Shown here: one piece after another, positions 22,740-31,594 of the stretch
How positions within the stretch are numbered: the stretch's first letter is position 1
Layout of the letters: the number at the start of each line of letters is the position of its first letter
From: a virus
Length of the DNA: 46,198 nt
Virus record (IMG/VR): IMGVR_UViG_3300045988_053311
Direction: 5' to 3' (one strand)
The notes under the pieces: model-generated
The model's input: only the letters and a program-made list of their open reading frames with translations
Told to the model about the DNA's origin: nothing
Databases searched by the model: none
Made by a program: the position numbers and the translations under genes

Positions 22740-25496
22740 CTACCCTTCAAAGATTCCGAAGCCTGTCCGGTTCCTGTATTGCCCGTTCTGATCTCTCAAC
22801 CAGCGGATGAATTCGTTTCCGTCAATATTCAATACGATATACTGAGGCGAACCACTACCGCCATTTCCAGATTCTTTCAAAGCTTCCATCATTGCCTGTT
22901 TCATCGTCGACAGTGGAGATACAACCTCTGTCTCACGCTTGTTATCACCGAGGATTGCTGCAAACTCTCCGGCGTTTCGCGGCACAACTGTACCTTTTGC
23001 CAAGTACGGAATCTGTGGCGCTGTCATGGTCGGAATTGTAAATCCCCAGGTACTTCCTCCAATCTTCGGCACCCAATCAGGAACTTTAATCTTTATCCTA
23101 TTCAATACGCCAATAGCTGTGTTTACCCCTGAGATAATTCCACGAATCATTCCATTAATTAAGCCGATCACGCCATTAATTGGGACTTTTGCAATATTTA
23201 CTAACGAGTCAAATATATTTTTGAATACTTCTTTGACTTTTAACCATCCTGCATTCCATCCATTTATGAAAATCGTTATGAGATATTGCAAGATATTCCC
23301 AATAGTAGATATAATCTTAGATGCTGTTTCTTTTATTGAGGTAAGCAAGATTGAACCAGCATTTTTTACTTTTTCTATTAAAGAACTGGCTGTATTTGTG
23401 GCTTTTTCTATGAATGCTCTGCTTTTTTCACCAAAGTAATCAACTATACCTCCGAAAAAGTCCTTTATAGAATCCCAATTTTTCACAAGCAAAACACCCG
23501 CTGCTATTACCGCACCGATTGCAGCAATAATCAGTCCGCCCGGTCCGATCGCTGTTGCTATTGCAGATATTCCGCCAAGTATGCCACCGGAACCCGTCAT
23601 GAGGGCAATTAAGCCTTTCAACGCAAGTCCAATATTGCCGATATTACTGATAAGTGTAGTAACCAATGGGATAATCTTCGCTGTTGCAAACATTCCTATA
23701 AGTGCCGCTCCGAACGCTTCGACCAGCGTCTGATGTTCTCCGAGGAAGTTTAAAAACCCTGATACAATATTAATAAGTGTAGGAACGCCTGTTTCAATCA
23801 ACCACTTCAATGATGGTAAAATAATGTTGGTATATATCCATTCAAGAACATTTCCAAGTGCTTCGATAATTGGTGCAAAGGATTTTGTGAGGTTCTTAAT
23901 AGAATCCAGTAACGGATAAAAATCAAGTTTTCCGGCCCAGTCCGCTGTTGCTTTTGTTATATTTTCAATAAAATCAAGAACTTTCTGAAAAGCATTCGCT
24001 AAATTTTGAATAATTTTTGTTCCAACATTATTTTTATTCCATGCTTTAGATAACTGACTTGCAATATTTCCGATTATCTTGAAAATGTTCTGAAAAATCC
24101 GAAGCATGGTAGATAACATTTCCGTACCTGTTCCATTTGTCCAGACTTCCATAATACTTTTTCCGACACTCTTTGCAAGTTCAGCAAGACTAGAAAACAT
24201 ATACCTTGCAGCATCAATAGTATTCTTACCCTCTCTGCTCCAAGCTTCCTGAAAAGGCTTCCAGATTTGCTTAAGTATATCGGATAATTTCTTTGCGGAT
24301 TTGCTGAGTTTGTCAATCTGGCTTTCTCCTTTTGCCAATCCTCCGTAATCTACCTGTCCAACATTTCCGAGGCTAATATTGTCTGCCTTTACGGTAGGCG
24401 TTTTTGTCACACCAGATATCGCATCCGCCGCTTCTTTTCCAATAACCTTTAATTCGTCAAACGGAGCAATATTCTTTTTTAGAGCCTTGGTCTGCTTATT
24501 TAACGCGCTTGTACTGTCCTTCGTGGAATCTGTTACATTCTGCGTAGCATCAGCCAGACTATCAGCTCCATCCGCAGCACTGGCATAAGCATCTTCTGTG
24601 GCTGACAGGTCTGTTCCAGCAAGTCCCGCTCCACTGGCTCCCGTCTGCCCGGATGATTTGTTCCCGGTTATCAGTTCCGTAAAGGACTTAAAGGCATTTG
24701 CAACCGTGGCAAGTTTTGCCAATAAGATATTTATCACTTTTATGACCGGAGTGAAGATGTTAATCAGTCCTTGTCCGACTGTAGCTTTCAGGGACTGGAT
24801 CTGCAGCTGCATCACCCTAACCTGGTTCGCCCAGCTGTCAGAAGTACGGATAAAGTCACCAGATGCGGCAGATAACTGTTTCTGTACAAAAGCCAGACGA
24901 AGAGCCACTTTCTCCTGCTCGGTCATGGCGGATGTGGTTTTACCATAACCGTTCGCCAGTGCGTACTGGTCTAGTGCCGACTGGGTCATTACCACGCCGA
25001 GATCTTTGAGCGTTTCCGTTTCGCCAGTAAACACTGATTTCAGCTTGATATAAGCCAAGTCCTGACTGATGTTATAAAATGATGCTACATCACCAGTTAG
25101 CTGCGTCAAGGCCGTTGACATATCGTAAGCCTGTGCTTCAGAGAAACCGAACGACTTAGACATTGCTCCGAACGTACCGACATACCTTTTTGCCATTGTC
25201 TCTGACAGTCCGGCTGAGGTCATGGCGTTCTTCGCAAATTCATTTACTTTGTCGGACATGGTGGTAAATGTAACATCGACCACGTTCTGCACTTCTGCGA
25301 GGTCAGAGCCGAGTTCTACACACTCTTTTCCAAACTGTACCAACTTGCCAACCGCAAAAGCCCCACCAATCAGCAGACCGATTTTTTTTACAGCACTTCC
25401 AAGGCCGTTAAATGACTTTTTTATTGCAGACACGCCGTTCTGTACGCCAGACGTGTCCATTCTGGTATCAATAATGACTGAGCCATCAGCAGCCAT
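22740..25496 (-). CDS. Tail tape-measure protein (918 aa)
   Basis: It has a long helical, Ala/Gly/Ile-rich sequence with a central hydrophobic Gly-rich block (GSGGILGGISAIATAIGPGGLIIAAIGAVIAAGVLL). It lies downstream of the two chaperone genes. Confidence 0.9.
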   Translation of the reverse strand: MAADGSVIIDTRMDTSGVQNGVSAIKKSFNGLGSAVKKIGLLIGGAFAVGKLVQFGKECVELGSDLAEVQNVVDVTFTTMSDKVNEFAKNAMTSAGLSETMAKRYVGTFGAMSKSFGFSEAQAYDMSTALTQLTGDVASFYNISQDLAYIKLKSVFTGETETLKDLGVVMTQSALDQYALANGYGKTTSAMTEQEKVALRLAFVQKQLSAASGDFIRTSDSWANQVRVMQLQIQSLKATVGQGLINIFTPVIKVINILLAKLATVANAFKSFTELITGNKSSGQTGASGAGLAGTDLSATEDAYASAADGADSLADATQNVTDSTKDSTSALNKQTKALKKNIAPFDELKVIGKEAADAISGVTKTPTVKADNISLGNVGQVDYGGLAKGESQIDKLSKSAKKLSDILKQIWKPFQEAWSREGKNTIDAARYMFSSLAELAKSVGKSIMEVWTNGTGTEMLSTMLRIFQNIFKIIGNIASQLSKAWNKNNVGTKIIQNLANAFQKVLDFIENITKATADWAGKLDFYPLLDSIKNLTKSFAPIIEALGNVLEWIYTNIILPSLKWLIETGVPTLINIVSGFLNFLGEHQTLVEAFGAALIGMFATAKIIPLVTTLISNIGNIGLALKGLIALMTGSGGILGGISAIATAIGPGGLIIAAIGAVIAAGVLLVKNWDSIKDFFGGIVDYFGEKSRAFIEKATNTASSLIEKVKNAGSILLTSIKETASKIISTIGNILQYLITIFINGWNAGWLKVKEVFKNIFDSLVNIAKVPINGVIGLINGMIRGIISGVNTAIGVLNRIKIKVPDWVPKIGGSTWGFTIPTMTAPQIPYLAKGTVVPRNAGEFAAILGDNKRETEVVSPLSTMKQAMMEALKESGNGGSGSPQYIVLNIDGNEFIRWLRDQNGQYRNRTGFGIFEG

Positions 25497-25511
25497 GTGT
25501 CCACCTCCTAA

Positions 25512-26084
25512 CTATTTGAGGTTAAGCATCTCGTTAAGCTTATCTTTATAAGCCTGTTCCTCTTCAGAGAGACGCGTTTTTATATCAATAAGATTCTTGT
25601 TATCGTGGTAGAATTTCTTTTCCCATTTATCTAATCTTTCGCCAAAAGCTTTTTTTGATCGAATCCCGATAACTGTATTAAGCAAGCATTCTCCCGCTTC
25701 CATGAAATACGAAAAAAATGTCCACCAATGCATATAAGGTGCCGCTCTAACTTCGCTATGAATTACCTTGTTTACCGCCGGAATAATCATTTCCCCGTCC
25801 TGTCCCCAGTCCATCAAGCGTGGCTTCGGCTTTCCCGAATCGTCGTCCGTCTGTCCGCAGTCAATAAATTCACAAGCCTTCTTACAAGCCTCTTCTACGT
25901 TCTCTGGTGGAATGCTTTCCAAGTCTTCATAGAGGATCTTCAGCATTACTATTTTTTTTCCGTAGTTGTCAAGATTCGGGTCGTTCTGTGCAATCAGAAT
26001 ATCTATGATTGCTCGAAAATCCGTTCTGATAGAAAAATCCACCCCACAGATATTTAGTGAGGTGGGTAACTCGTAAGCGGTCAT
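25512..26084 (-). CDS. Gp15-family tail assembly protein
   Basis: LPTSLNICGVDFSIRTDFRAIIDILIAQND...KIVMLKILY matches the phage Gp15 pattern. It has an ATGA overlap with the upstream chaperone gene. Confidence 0.75.
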   Translation of the reverse strand: MTAYELPTSLNICGVDFSIRTDFRAIIDILIAQNDPNLDNYGKKIVMLKILYEDLESIPPENVEEACKKACEFIDCGQTDDDSGKPKPRLMDWGQDGEMIIPAVNKVIHSEVRAAPYMHWWTFFSYFMEAGECLLNTVIGIRSKKAFGERLDKWEKKFYHDNKNLIDIKTRLSEEEQAYKDKLNEMLNLK

Positions 26085-26506
26085 TTTGTGTATTTCTCCG
26101 TATACTTATCAACAGTAGCCTGCATTTTCTTCTTTCTTTTTTCAATTTCCGGTGCAATTGCTTCTGAAATTTTATCAAGCACGATATATGCAAAAACCTG
26201 ACCGTTCGGGAATACAGTTGTTGCAGTAATTGGTTCCTTGAATAAATCCATTGAAGCTTCATACCCTAACAGATAGTTCATTTTATCTTCAATCTGATTG
26301 TTCAGATCCGCCATTTCTTTACTTGATGTGACCTTCTGAATGCTGTCCTGTATCTGTTCAAAAAATGGTTCGATTTCCTCTGCTCTTGCTGCAACATTAA
26401 TGTCGGTAGGGTTTATCTTAAATGAAGAAAATACTTCTCCCTGCTTGTTTGTGAATGTAAAAATAAGAAATCCATCATCAATGCTTGTATTAATTGTTTT
26501 TGCCAT
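26081..26506 (-). CDS. Tail assembly chaperone (141 aa)
   Basis: Called from its position between the major tail and Gp15-like/TMP genes. It is acidic and helical. Confidence 0.65.
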   Translation of the reverse strand: MAKTINTSIDDGFLIFTFTNKQGEVFSSFKINPTDINVAARAEEIEPFFEQIQDSIQKVTSSKEMADLNNQIEDKMNYLLGYEASMDLFKEPITATTVFPNGQVFAYIVLDKISEAIAPEIEKRKKKMQATVDKYTEKYTK

Positions 26507-26527
26507 TTTCTACGCCCTCCTAAAAAA

Positions 26528-27028
26528 TTATTCGCTGTCAGCTGTGAATGAGCCGGAAGTAATGTCAAATTTACCTTTGACGCGCTCTCCAACGTAATTA
26601 ACTGTGAACGGAATCTGATAGCCGGACGTATCACCGCCGTAGCTTGTTGGAACAACATAGCATTCCTGCTGGTATGCTTCATACTTGCCTGCTGTGGCTT
26701 CTGTCCAGAGATGAACCTCAACTGCTTTTGTTTTGAGGTTGTCGTCTTTGAGACGCCCATCTACGATCTTCTGTAATGCTGTGAACAGATCGGAAGTAGT
26801 GTCTGCATAGAACGGATCAGCGTCAGAAGAAGCTTCGTAGCCGTTATGCTTGAATGTGGATTCTCCGAGAATGTTTTTAGATGTTTCAGTATCTGGATTG
26901 AGTTCTACGTTATACTCTTCCAGATCTTTTCCAAGACGCTCATATTTCGGTGTCAGTCCTCCGCAGAGGGAACCTGAATCAATGTAATGAGCCATATATT
27001 TACGGTCAATTTTTCCTGTTACTGGCAT
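26528..27028 (-). CDS. Major tail protein
   Basis: Start refined to MPVTGKIDRKYMAHYID, with RBS AGAAAGGA 7 nt upstream. Its size and position fit TP901-1/phi13-type major tail proteins. Confidence 0.75.
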   Translation of the reverse strand: MPVTGKIDRKYMAHYIDSGSLCGGLTPKYERLGKDLEEYNVELNPDTETSKNILGESTFKHNGYEASSDADPFYADTTSDLFTALQKIVDGRLKDDNLKTKAVEVHLWTEATAGKYEAYQQECYVVPTSYGGDTSGYQIPFTVNYVGERVKGKFDITSGSFTADSE

Positions 27029-27069
27029 AGAAATGTCCTTTCTGCCTATCATTTTTAAAAGGCTGTGTA

Positions 27070-27102
27070 GGTTAGCGACTAGCTCTAATTGATAGCCGGT
27101 TG
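27070..27102 (-). promoter_or_regulatory. Conserved 33-nt inverted-repeat element upstream of the major tail gene (paralogue of 31562..31594)
   Basis: The plus strand reads GGTTAGCGACTAGCTCTAATTGATAGCCGGTTG. It shares GGTTAGCGRCTA...TAGYCGGTK with the element upstream of the major capsid gene. It starts 6 nt after the upstream stop codon. Confidence 0.5.
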
Positions 27103-27107
27103 TTACG

Positions 27108-27617
27108 TTATATTACTTCATAAGTATTTTCGTAGCGTACTGACAATGGCAATAACCAGTCCTGTACGCCACTCTCCTGTGGCTCTAAACCATAGGAATT
27201 ATCACGAGTGATACGTTTTATTACTCTTCCTTGCGAAAGCTCTGGAAAAGCAGATAAGCGTGTCTCAGAGCCATTTATAATAACTGGTTCTCGACATATC
27301 CATTTACCGAGACTGTCCAGAAACTTCTGAACAGATAACTTCTGCCGTTCTTTGTCGGATGCCGTTCGATAAACCACATAAAATGGGTACTGGCACACCT
27401 GATGCATTACTCCGCACACGTCTTCTTTTTCTGAATAGATCAAGGCCCCGTTGTCTGCCGAGAAAGCGATTCCGGAATCTTTGTTCAGCTCTTCGAACTT
27501 GATGCTTTCACCCTGATACAATCCGGGATACTGGTTCAGAAGTGCTTTCATTGCATCTGTCAGAATCTCATATCCAGTTGCATCTTTGCCAATTGGCTTA
27601 TCTGCCATGTCTGCCAC
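27108..27617 (-). CDS. Head-tail joining / tail-completion protein (169 aa)
   Basis: Called from its position between the head-closure genes and the major tail gene. ORF track. Confidence 0.65.
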   Translation of the reverse strand: MADMADKPIGKDATGYEILTDAMKALLNQYPGLYQGESIKFEELNKDSGIAFSADNGALIYSEKEDVCGVMHQVCQYPFYVVYRTASDKERQKLSVQKFLDSLGKWICREPVIINGSETRLSAFPELSQGRVIKRITRDNSYGLEPQESGVQDWLLPLSVRYENTYEVI

Positions 27618-28089
27618 CTCCTGCCTGTGCTTTTACTTTGCGAATCCATGTACTGCCGTATTGTCGTTTTGCGGCATCAAACCAATGGGCTTGTGCCCGT
27701 GGGTGAGCCTGTTTGGTGTATTCAAGATTTTCCTTTGCGGCTGTCTGACCAGAAAACTGACTGACAAGAACTTTCTTTGCTCCACGTCTTGCGTAGGGAC
27801 TTCCAGTTGCTTCATCAACCATTCCTTTCCCCTCGTACAGAAAACGTCCATAAGGAGCCGCCGCCGCACATACTTTCCCAGTTCCTTGCAAGGATGCACT
27901 CTCAACTCTTGTCCGGTTGATAAAGTCCCCTGTAATCATCGGCATGAACGGAACCATACTGTCCATAACCATTCCATCAAGGAGATACTGGGCTTCTTGG
28001 TATTGCCTAGAAAATCTATCCATATTCAGTTTGATTTTCATATCTCCGTCAACTACGGAGAATCCTTTGAAATGATGAATTTTGCTCAT
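27598..28089 (-). CDS. Head-tail joining protein (minor-capsid-2/HK97 gp10-like position)
   Basis: Start refined to MSKIHHFKG (TAATATG junction). PYGRFLYEGKG is typical of this family. Confidence 0.65.
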   Translation of the reverse strand: MSKIHHFKGFSVVDGDMKIKLNMDRFSRQYQEAQYLLDGMVMDSMVPFMPMITGDFINRTRVESASLQGTGKVCAAAAPYGRFLYEGKGMVDEATGSPYARRGAKKVLVSQFSGQTAAKENLEYTKQAHPRAQAHWFDAAKRQYGSTWIRKVKAQAGGGRHGR

Positions 28090-28090
28090 A

Positions 28091-28603
28091 TTACTTACCA
28101 AGAATCTCGAAGTGAGGAATCAGTGTATACGGACCGCCTACACTGGTAATCTTGAACACGTTATCCTTATTCTCATTCATGTACTGATAAAATCCATTTC
28201 TGTAATCACCATCAGTTACTGTTCCGCCAGTCCACTCACCCTCCCAGAAGAACGATTCATCTGAGAATGTGATAGTGTCTTCCAGAGCGTTGTTGATCTG
28301 CTGCTTCCACTCTTTAGGCGGCACCCATGGAAGAATCTTACCGTCTTTATCAGTAATGGTTATATCGCCGTTCTGGACGGTATAGCGGATGTGTAACTGT
28401 GCGTTGTCAGTTGCGTCTGGTCCGTACTTTTTAAGGATTGCTCCTTTGTCTGTAATGAGGTCAACGCCGGATAAAACATGAGGATACCAGTACGCATCTC
28501 CAGTTGTGGCACTTTCGTAATAGTTGAATAGTGTTATAATTTTGCTATAGATATATCTCACCTCACATTTACGGGAGTTGAAACTGCGTCCACATCGCTC
28601 CAA
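28091..28603 (-). CDS. Head-closure/minor capsid-type protein with uncertain, non-ATG start
   Basis: ORF track. The listed start is a TTG 46 nt inside the upstream endonuclease-like gene. A strong SD, GAGGTGA (near 28556-28562), is followed only by ATC, ATT or ATA codons. Confidence 0.6.
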   Translation of the reverse strand: MERCGRSFNSRKCEVRYIYSKIITLFNYYESATTGDAYWYPHVLSGVDLITDKGAILKKYGPDATDNAQLHIRYTVQNGDITITDKDGKILPWVPPKEWKQQINNALEDTITFSDESFFWEGEWTGGTVTDGDYRNGFYQYMNENKDNVFKITSVGGPYTLIPHFEILGK

Positions 28604-29184
28604 CCGCGATATCTTCTCTTGATTATAGTGTTATAGGAAATCCCAGTTATTTCACTCCATTCTGTTAATGTATGCGTTTCCCCATTTACAGTAACGTAAA
28701 CATTGTCTCTTTTATTGTTGGCTTGCTGTTTCAAAGTTGCCCATCTACAATTTTCAGGACAATAATTTTCATCCACGTTTACTCTATCTATAGTAAGATT
28801 TTCAGCATATCCATTTCCTAATGCCCATTCCTTAAAATTAAGGAATGACTTTTCCCATTCTTCACAAACAGAAATGTCCCTGCCACCATAGTTTTTATAA
28901 GATGGATCTCCAATATAGGAACAGCGTCTGCGCATATCTACCCATATAGTGTATAAGCGTGTGTTTCTATCTCCATGAATTTTCTTAGCTTCCGACACTC
29001 TATCTTTTTGATAGCAGCCGCAACTAAGTGTATTCTTGCGAATCAGATTATTTGAAGCTACAATTACTTTATTTCCACAATCGCATTTACAAAGCCACTG
29101 AGATTGCCCTGTTTTATTAACTTTCTCAATGGCTATAAGTCTTCCAAATCTTTGATTTGTTAAATTTCTTGTTGGTCTTGGCAT
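28558..29184 (-). CDS. HNH-like (DRxD...N...N) homing-endonuclease-like protein with N-terminal zinc ribbon and C-terminal HTH; paralogue of 40789..41247
   Basis: Start refined to MPRPTRNLTNQRFGRL. Motifs present: CKCDCGN...SCGC, YTIWVDMRRRC...YKNYGGRDISVCEEW...FKEWALGNGY...LTIDRVNVDENYCPENCRWATLKQQANN, and TLTEWSEITGISYNTIIKRRYRGWS. Confidence 0.75.
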   Translation of the reverse strand: MPRPTRNLTNQRFGRLIAIEKVNKTGQSQWLCKCDCGNKVIVASNNLIRKNTLSCGCYQKDRVSEAKKIHGDRNTRLYTIWVDMRRRCSYIGDPSYKNYGGRDISVCEEWEKSFLNFKEWALGNGYAENLTIDRVNVDENYCPENCRWATLKQQANNKRDNVYVTVNGETHTLTEWSEITGISYNTIIKRRYRGWSDVDAVSTPVNVR

Positions 29185-29247
29185 AATAAATCCATCTCCT
29201 TTTAAGAAAAAGGACTTACTGCTGTCTCGCGACATGCGCCTCCTTAA

Positions 29248-29517
29248 TTATTCTTTCTGCACTGTCTGCTTAATAACCTGATTCACACCAGTGGCCGACA
29301 ATCCATTAAACATACCGACTGCAACTGCCGTGATATAATCCGTTGCCGGGAAATCTGGGATAATTCCCATTCCGACTGCTCCGAGAAATCCACCAATAAC
29401 CGCCATGATTACTGGAATCCATTCATCAGAGATTCTTTTTGATGCTTTACAGCCCATTCCTACGATGTAGCAAATCATAACGATTGTGATACATGAGCCT
29501 AATGTTGAAATGTCCAT
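29248..29517 (-). CDS. Holin (Hol44 / holin superfamily V-like), displaced from the endolysin
   Basis: 89 aa with 2-3 TM segments. IPVIMAVIGGFLGAVGMGIIPDFPATDYITAVAVGMFNGLSATGVNQVIKQ matches the Hol44-type consensus (IPDFP...GL.ATG.NQ..KQ). Confidence 0.75.
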   Translation of the reverse strand: MDISTLGSCITIVMICYIVGMGCKASKRISDEWIPVIMAVIGGFLGAVGMGIIPDFPATDYITAVAVGMFNGLSATGVNQVIKQTVQKE

Positions 29518-29520
29518 AGC

Positions 29521-29835
29521 TTAGTCCTTTCTGTAGTCCTCAATAATGGTCTCAATGCCATATTCAATGGCACAGGTGTTCTCAATCTTGCACCCTCTGG
29601 CTTCGTCCCAGCCTTTGGCGAAATATGCCACGTCAGCTTCTGCCAGAAGTTTAAGAGATTCGCCTAGATACCAGAGCGGCTTTGCATCTACCGGTGCCGA
29701 CTGGAAGAATGAATCAATAACTTCTACCGGTTCACCAACCTGTCTTTCTGCACTTTTGATTGCCTTTTCTCTTACCGCGAGAATTTCCTCATCTGTCTTT
29801 CCTCTCATTGGCTGAGAGATAAATAACTTTTTCAT
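29521..29835 (-). CDS. DUF4406 / nucleoside 2-deoxyribosyltransferase-like protein
   Basis: KKLFISQPMRGKT ... PLWYLGESLKLLAEADVAYFAKGWDEARGCKIENTCAIEYGI matches the DUF4406 pattern (SGPM.G ... W.L..SL..L..AD.V.F..GW..SRGC.IE...A..YGI). Confidence 0.7.
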   Translation of the reverse strand: MKKLFISQPMRGKTDEEILAVREKAIKSAERQVGEPVEVIDSFFQSAPVDAKPLWYLGESLKLLAEADVAYFAKGWDEARGCKIENTCAIEYGIETIIEDYRKD

Positions 29836-29840
29836 ATTAA

Positions 29841-30332
29841 TCACACTCCTGCATACAATACTGGTATTCCATCATCCGTCCTTACTCCCATCAGAAGCGG
29901 TAAAGCTGTCTTAAGAAGCAAGTCATTCGTTTTCTGTGCATCTCCAGCGGCGGCATACACCGCACTCCATTCCTTTGCACTCGCTCCGATCTGTTGAGGA
30001 GTTGCGTAAGAAATGGATTCACTGCCAGATGATACAGACGTTACTACACCGGCTTTGATGTTCCCGACATTTGTGTCGGTAAGATTCGTTGAAGCCTGAT
30101 TGATTGCATTCTTTTCAGCAAGCTCAATCTGATACATTAATTCAGCCAATGAACAGACCGCCTTTTTGATACGCTTCTGAGAGCGTTCGTTCGTTGGCAG
30201 TCCATCCACCAGTCTGTCAAATGTCATTGTGTCCACGAAATCACTGGCTCTTTCCACCAGACGTGAAAAATCGGTTTCCGGCACGACATTGCCGAATGAT
30301 TCTGTATAGAATTTATAATCTGCATAAGCCAT
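29841..30332 (-). CDS. Head-tail connector (gp6/gp15-like) protein
   Basis: It sits directly downstream of the major capsid gene. The N-terminal part, YADYKFYTESFG...FSRLVERASDFVD, is typical of this position. Confidence 0.65.
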   Translation of the reverse strand: MAYADYKFYTESFGNVVPETDFSRLVERASDFVDTMTFDRLVDGLPTNERSQKRIKKAVCSLAELMYQIELAEKNAINQASTNLTDTNVGNIKAGVVTSVSSGSESISYATPQQIGASAKEWSAVYAAAGDAQKTNDLLLKTALPLLMGVRTDDGIPVLYAGV

Positions 30333-30355
30333 GCCAGCTACCTCCTACTTGATCA

Positions 30356-31522
30356 TCATTTTGCTGTTACGCTTGTACTTCCGGCATTCAGTGCTTTGTA
30401 TGTTCCATCACACTCAACCACTGTGATCTTCTGTCCGGTTGTTGCCTTAATGTCAGCTTTTCCGTCCCAAGTAGTCCAGTTTCTGAGGTTCTGTCCATAT
30501 CCAACAGTTACTGCGTCTGCCGCAACTTTGTATTTATATACGTTGTTAGCATTTTCTTTAGCCGGATTTACAGTGATTTTTGTGTCGCCACTTGCTGTTC
30601 CAGCCGCAGATGTTACTGTCAGAGTACCAAGCGTTGGCGTTTCGTCAATGGTGATTACTGCAATTGCGTCAATGTACTCCGCAAAAAGAGTAAGCCCCAT
30701 AACTGCAAACGCTTCGGACACTGCGGTGTGGTAGTTGCCCTGAGTGTGGAATCCGATCAGGTTTGTCTCGCCAGATACAGTGTATACAAGCCCCGCTCTC
30801 GCAAAGTCAGATTCGTTAGGGTCTACATAATACAGAACAATGTTCTCAACAGGTGTTGCAATAACCTGTCCTCTTGGAATCTCGCTGTCAGATAACAGGA
30901 AGATTGTATTGAATCCCATAAAGTCTTTCATGTACTGAAATCCGAACTGGTTCTGAATAGTGATCTCAGCTGCTCCGAGGTATTCATATACGTCCAGAAT
31001 GTTCACAAATCCAACAACACCAGTCACATTCCTGTGCATCTGTTTGAATTTGTTTTCTACACGGCCTTTAGCCATTGCCAGAGCCATCTGGAATGTTGTT
31101 TCTGTGGAAGTAAGCGTACCGGTTTTCAGATAATCATAGAATCTGCCGGTAACGTCAGTCTGAAGCTGAAAAAGGAATTCATCATCAGTCATCTGAACAG
31201 CGTTCTCATAACCGTGATCCTTGATTGCTTCGATAGATACAGCCTTTGCGTACTTTTCAATAGTCATTTCCGCATAGGTCTTTTCTTTTACAGTAAACTT
31301 GCTGTAAGGGATTTCCTCACCCTCACCAACATTTCCGCTCTGCAAAGTACCCTCTGCGTATTTGGACTTGAGTACAGCACCCGGCTGTTTTTTGATAGGT
31401 CTCATGATGCCCAGAATATCACGTAAGTGCTGCCAGTTTCTTTCGAATCTGGTTACAAAGTCAATCTCACGCGCTGTGACCTGAATATCATTACTCATAA
31501 TAAGATTAGCTTTTGCTGCCAT
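30356..31522 (-). CDS. Major capsid protein with C-terminal Ig-like domain
   Basis: 388 aa, downstream of the scaffold gene. The last 90 aa or so (TLGTLTVTSAAGTASGDTKITVNPA...KITVVECDGTYKALNAGSTSVTAK) look like a Big_2-type Ig domain. Confidence 0.85.
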   Translation of the reverse strand: MAAKANLIMSNDIQVTAREIDFVTRFERNWQHLRDILGIMRPIKKQPGAVLKSKYAEGTLQSGNVGEGEEIPYSKFTVKEKTYAEMTIEKYAKAVSIEAIKDHGYENAVQMTDDEFLFQLQTDVTGRFYDYLKTGTLTSTETTFQMALAMAKGRVENKFKQMHRNVTGVVGFVNILDVYEYLGAAEITIQNQFGFQYMKDFMGFNTIFLLSDSEIPRGQVIATPVENIVLYYVDPNESDFARAGLVYTVSGETNLIGFHTQGNYHTAVSEAFAVMGLTLFAEYIDAIAVITIDETPTLGTLTVTSAAGTASGDTKITVNPAKENANNVYKYKVAADAVTVGYGQNLRNWTTWDGKADIKATTGQKITVVECDGTYKALNAGSTSVTAK

Positions 31523-31561
31523 ATAAAAAAATCCTTTCTACCCATAACTATTAAGGTATTG

Positions 31562-31594
31562 GGTTAGCGGCTATACTCTGGTGTATAGTCGGTG
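31562..31594 (-). promoter_or_regulatory. Conserved 33-nt inverted-repeat element upstream of the major capsid gene (paralogue of 27070..27102)
   Basis: The plus strand reads GGTTAGCGGCTATACTCTGGTGTATAGTCGGTG. It starts 8 nt after the scaffold stop codon and lies 40 nt upstream of the capsid ATG. Confidence 0.5.

Noticed and set aside
26081-26506. Possible -1 programmed frameshift (G/GT-type) at the A6G run (GAAAAAAG) near the end of the tail chaperone gene
   Set aside because: The run is not in the X_XXY_YYZ register of the zero frame. The -1 frame hits a stop (TGA) about 10 codons after the run. The Gp15-like gene has its own ATG, coupled by an ATGA overlap.
27586-28149. 187-aa plus-strand ORF. 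Similar antisense ORFs occur at 38855-39361, 22939-23439, 20720-21202, 14808-15206, 25222-25551 and elsewhere.
   Set aside because: All of them lie inside strongly supported minus-strand structural genes. They lack SD sequences and have low-complexity or Cys/Ser-rich shadow-frame composition.
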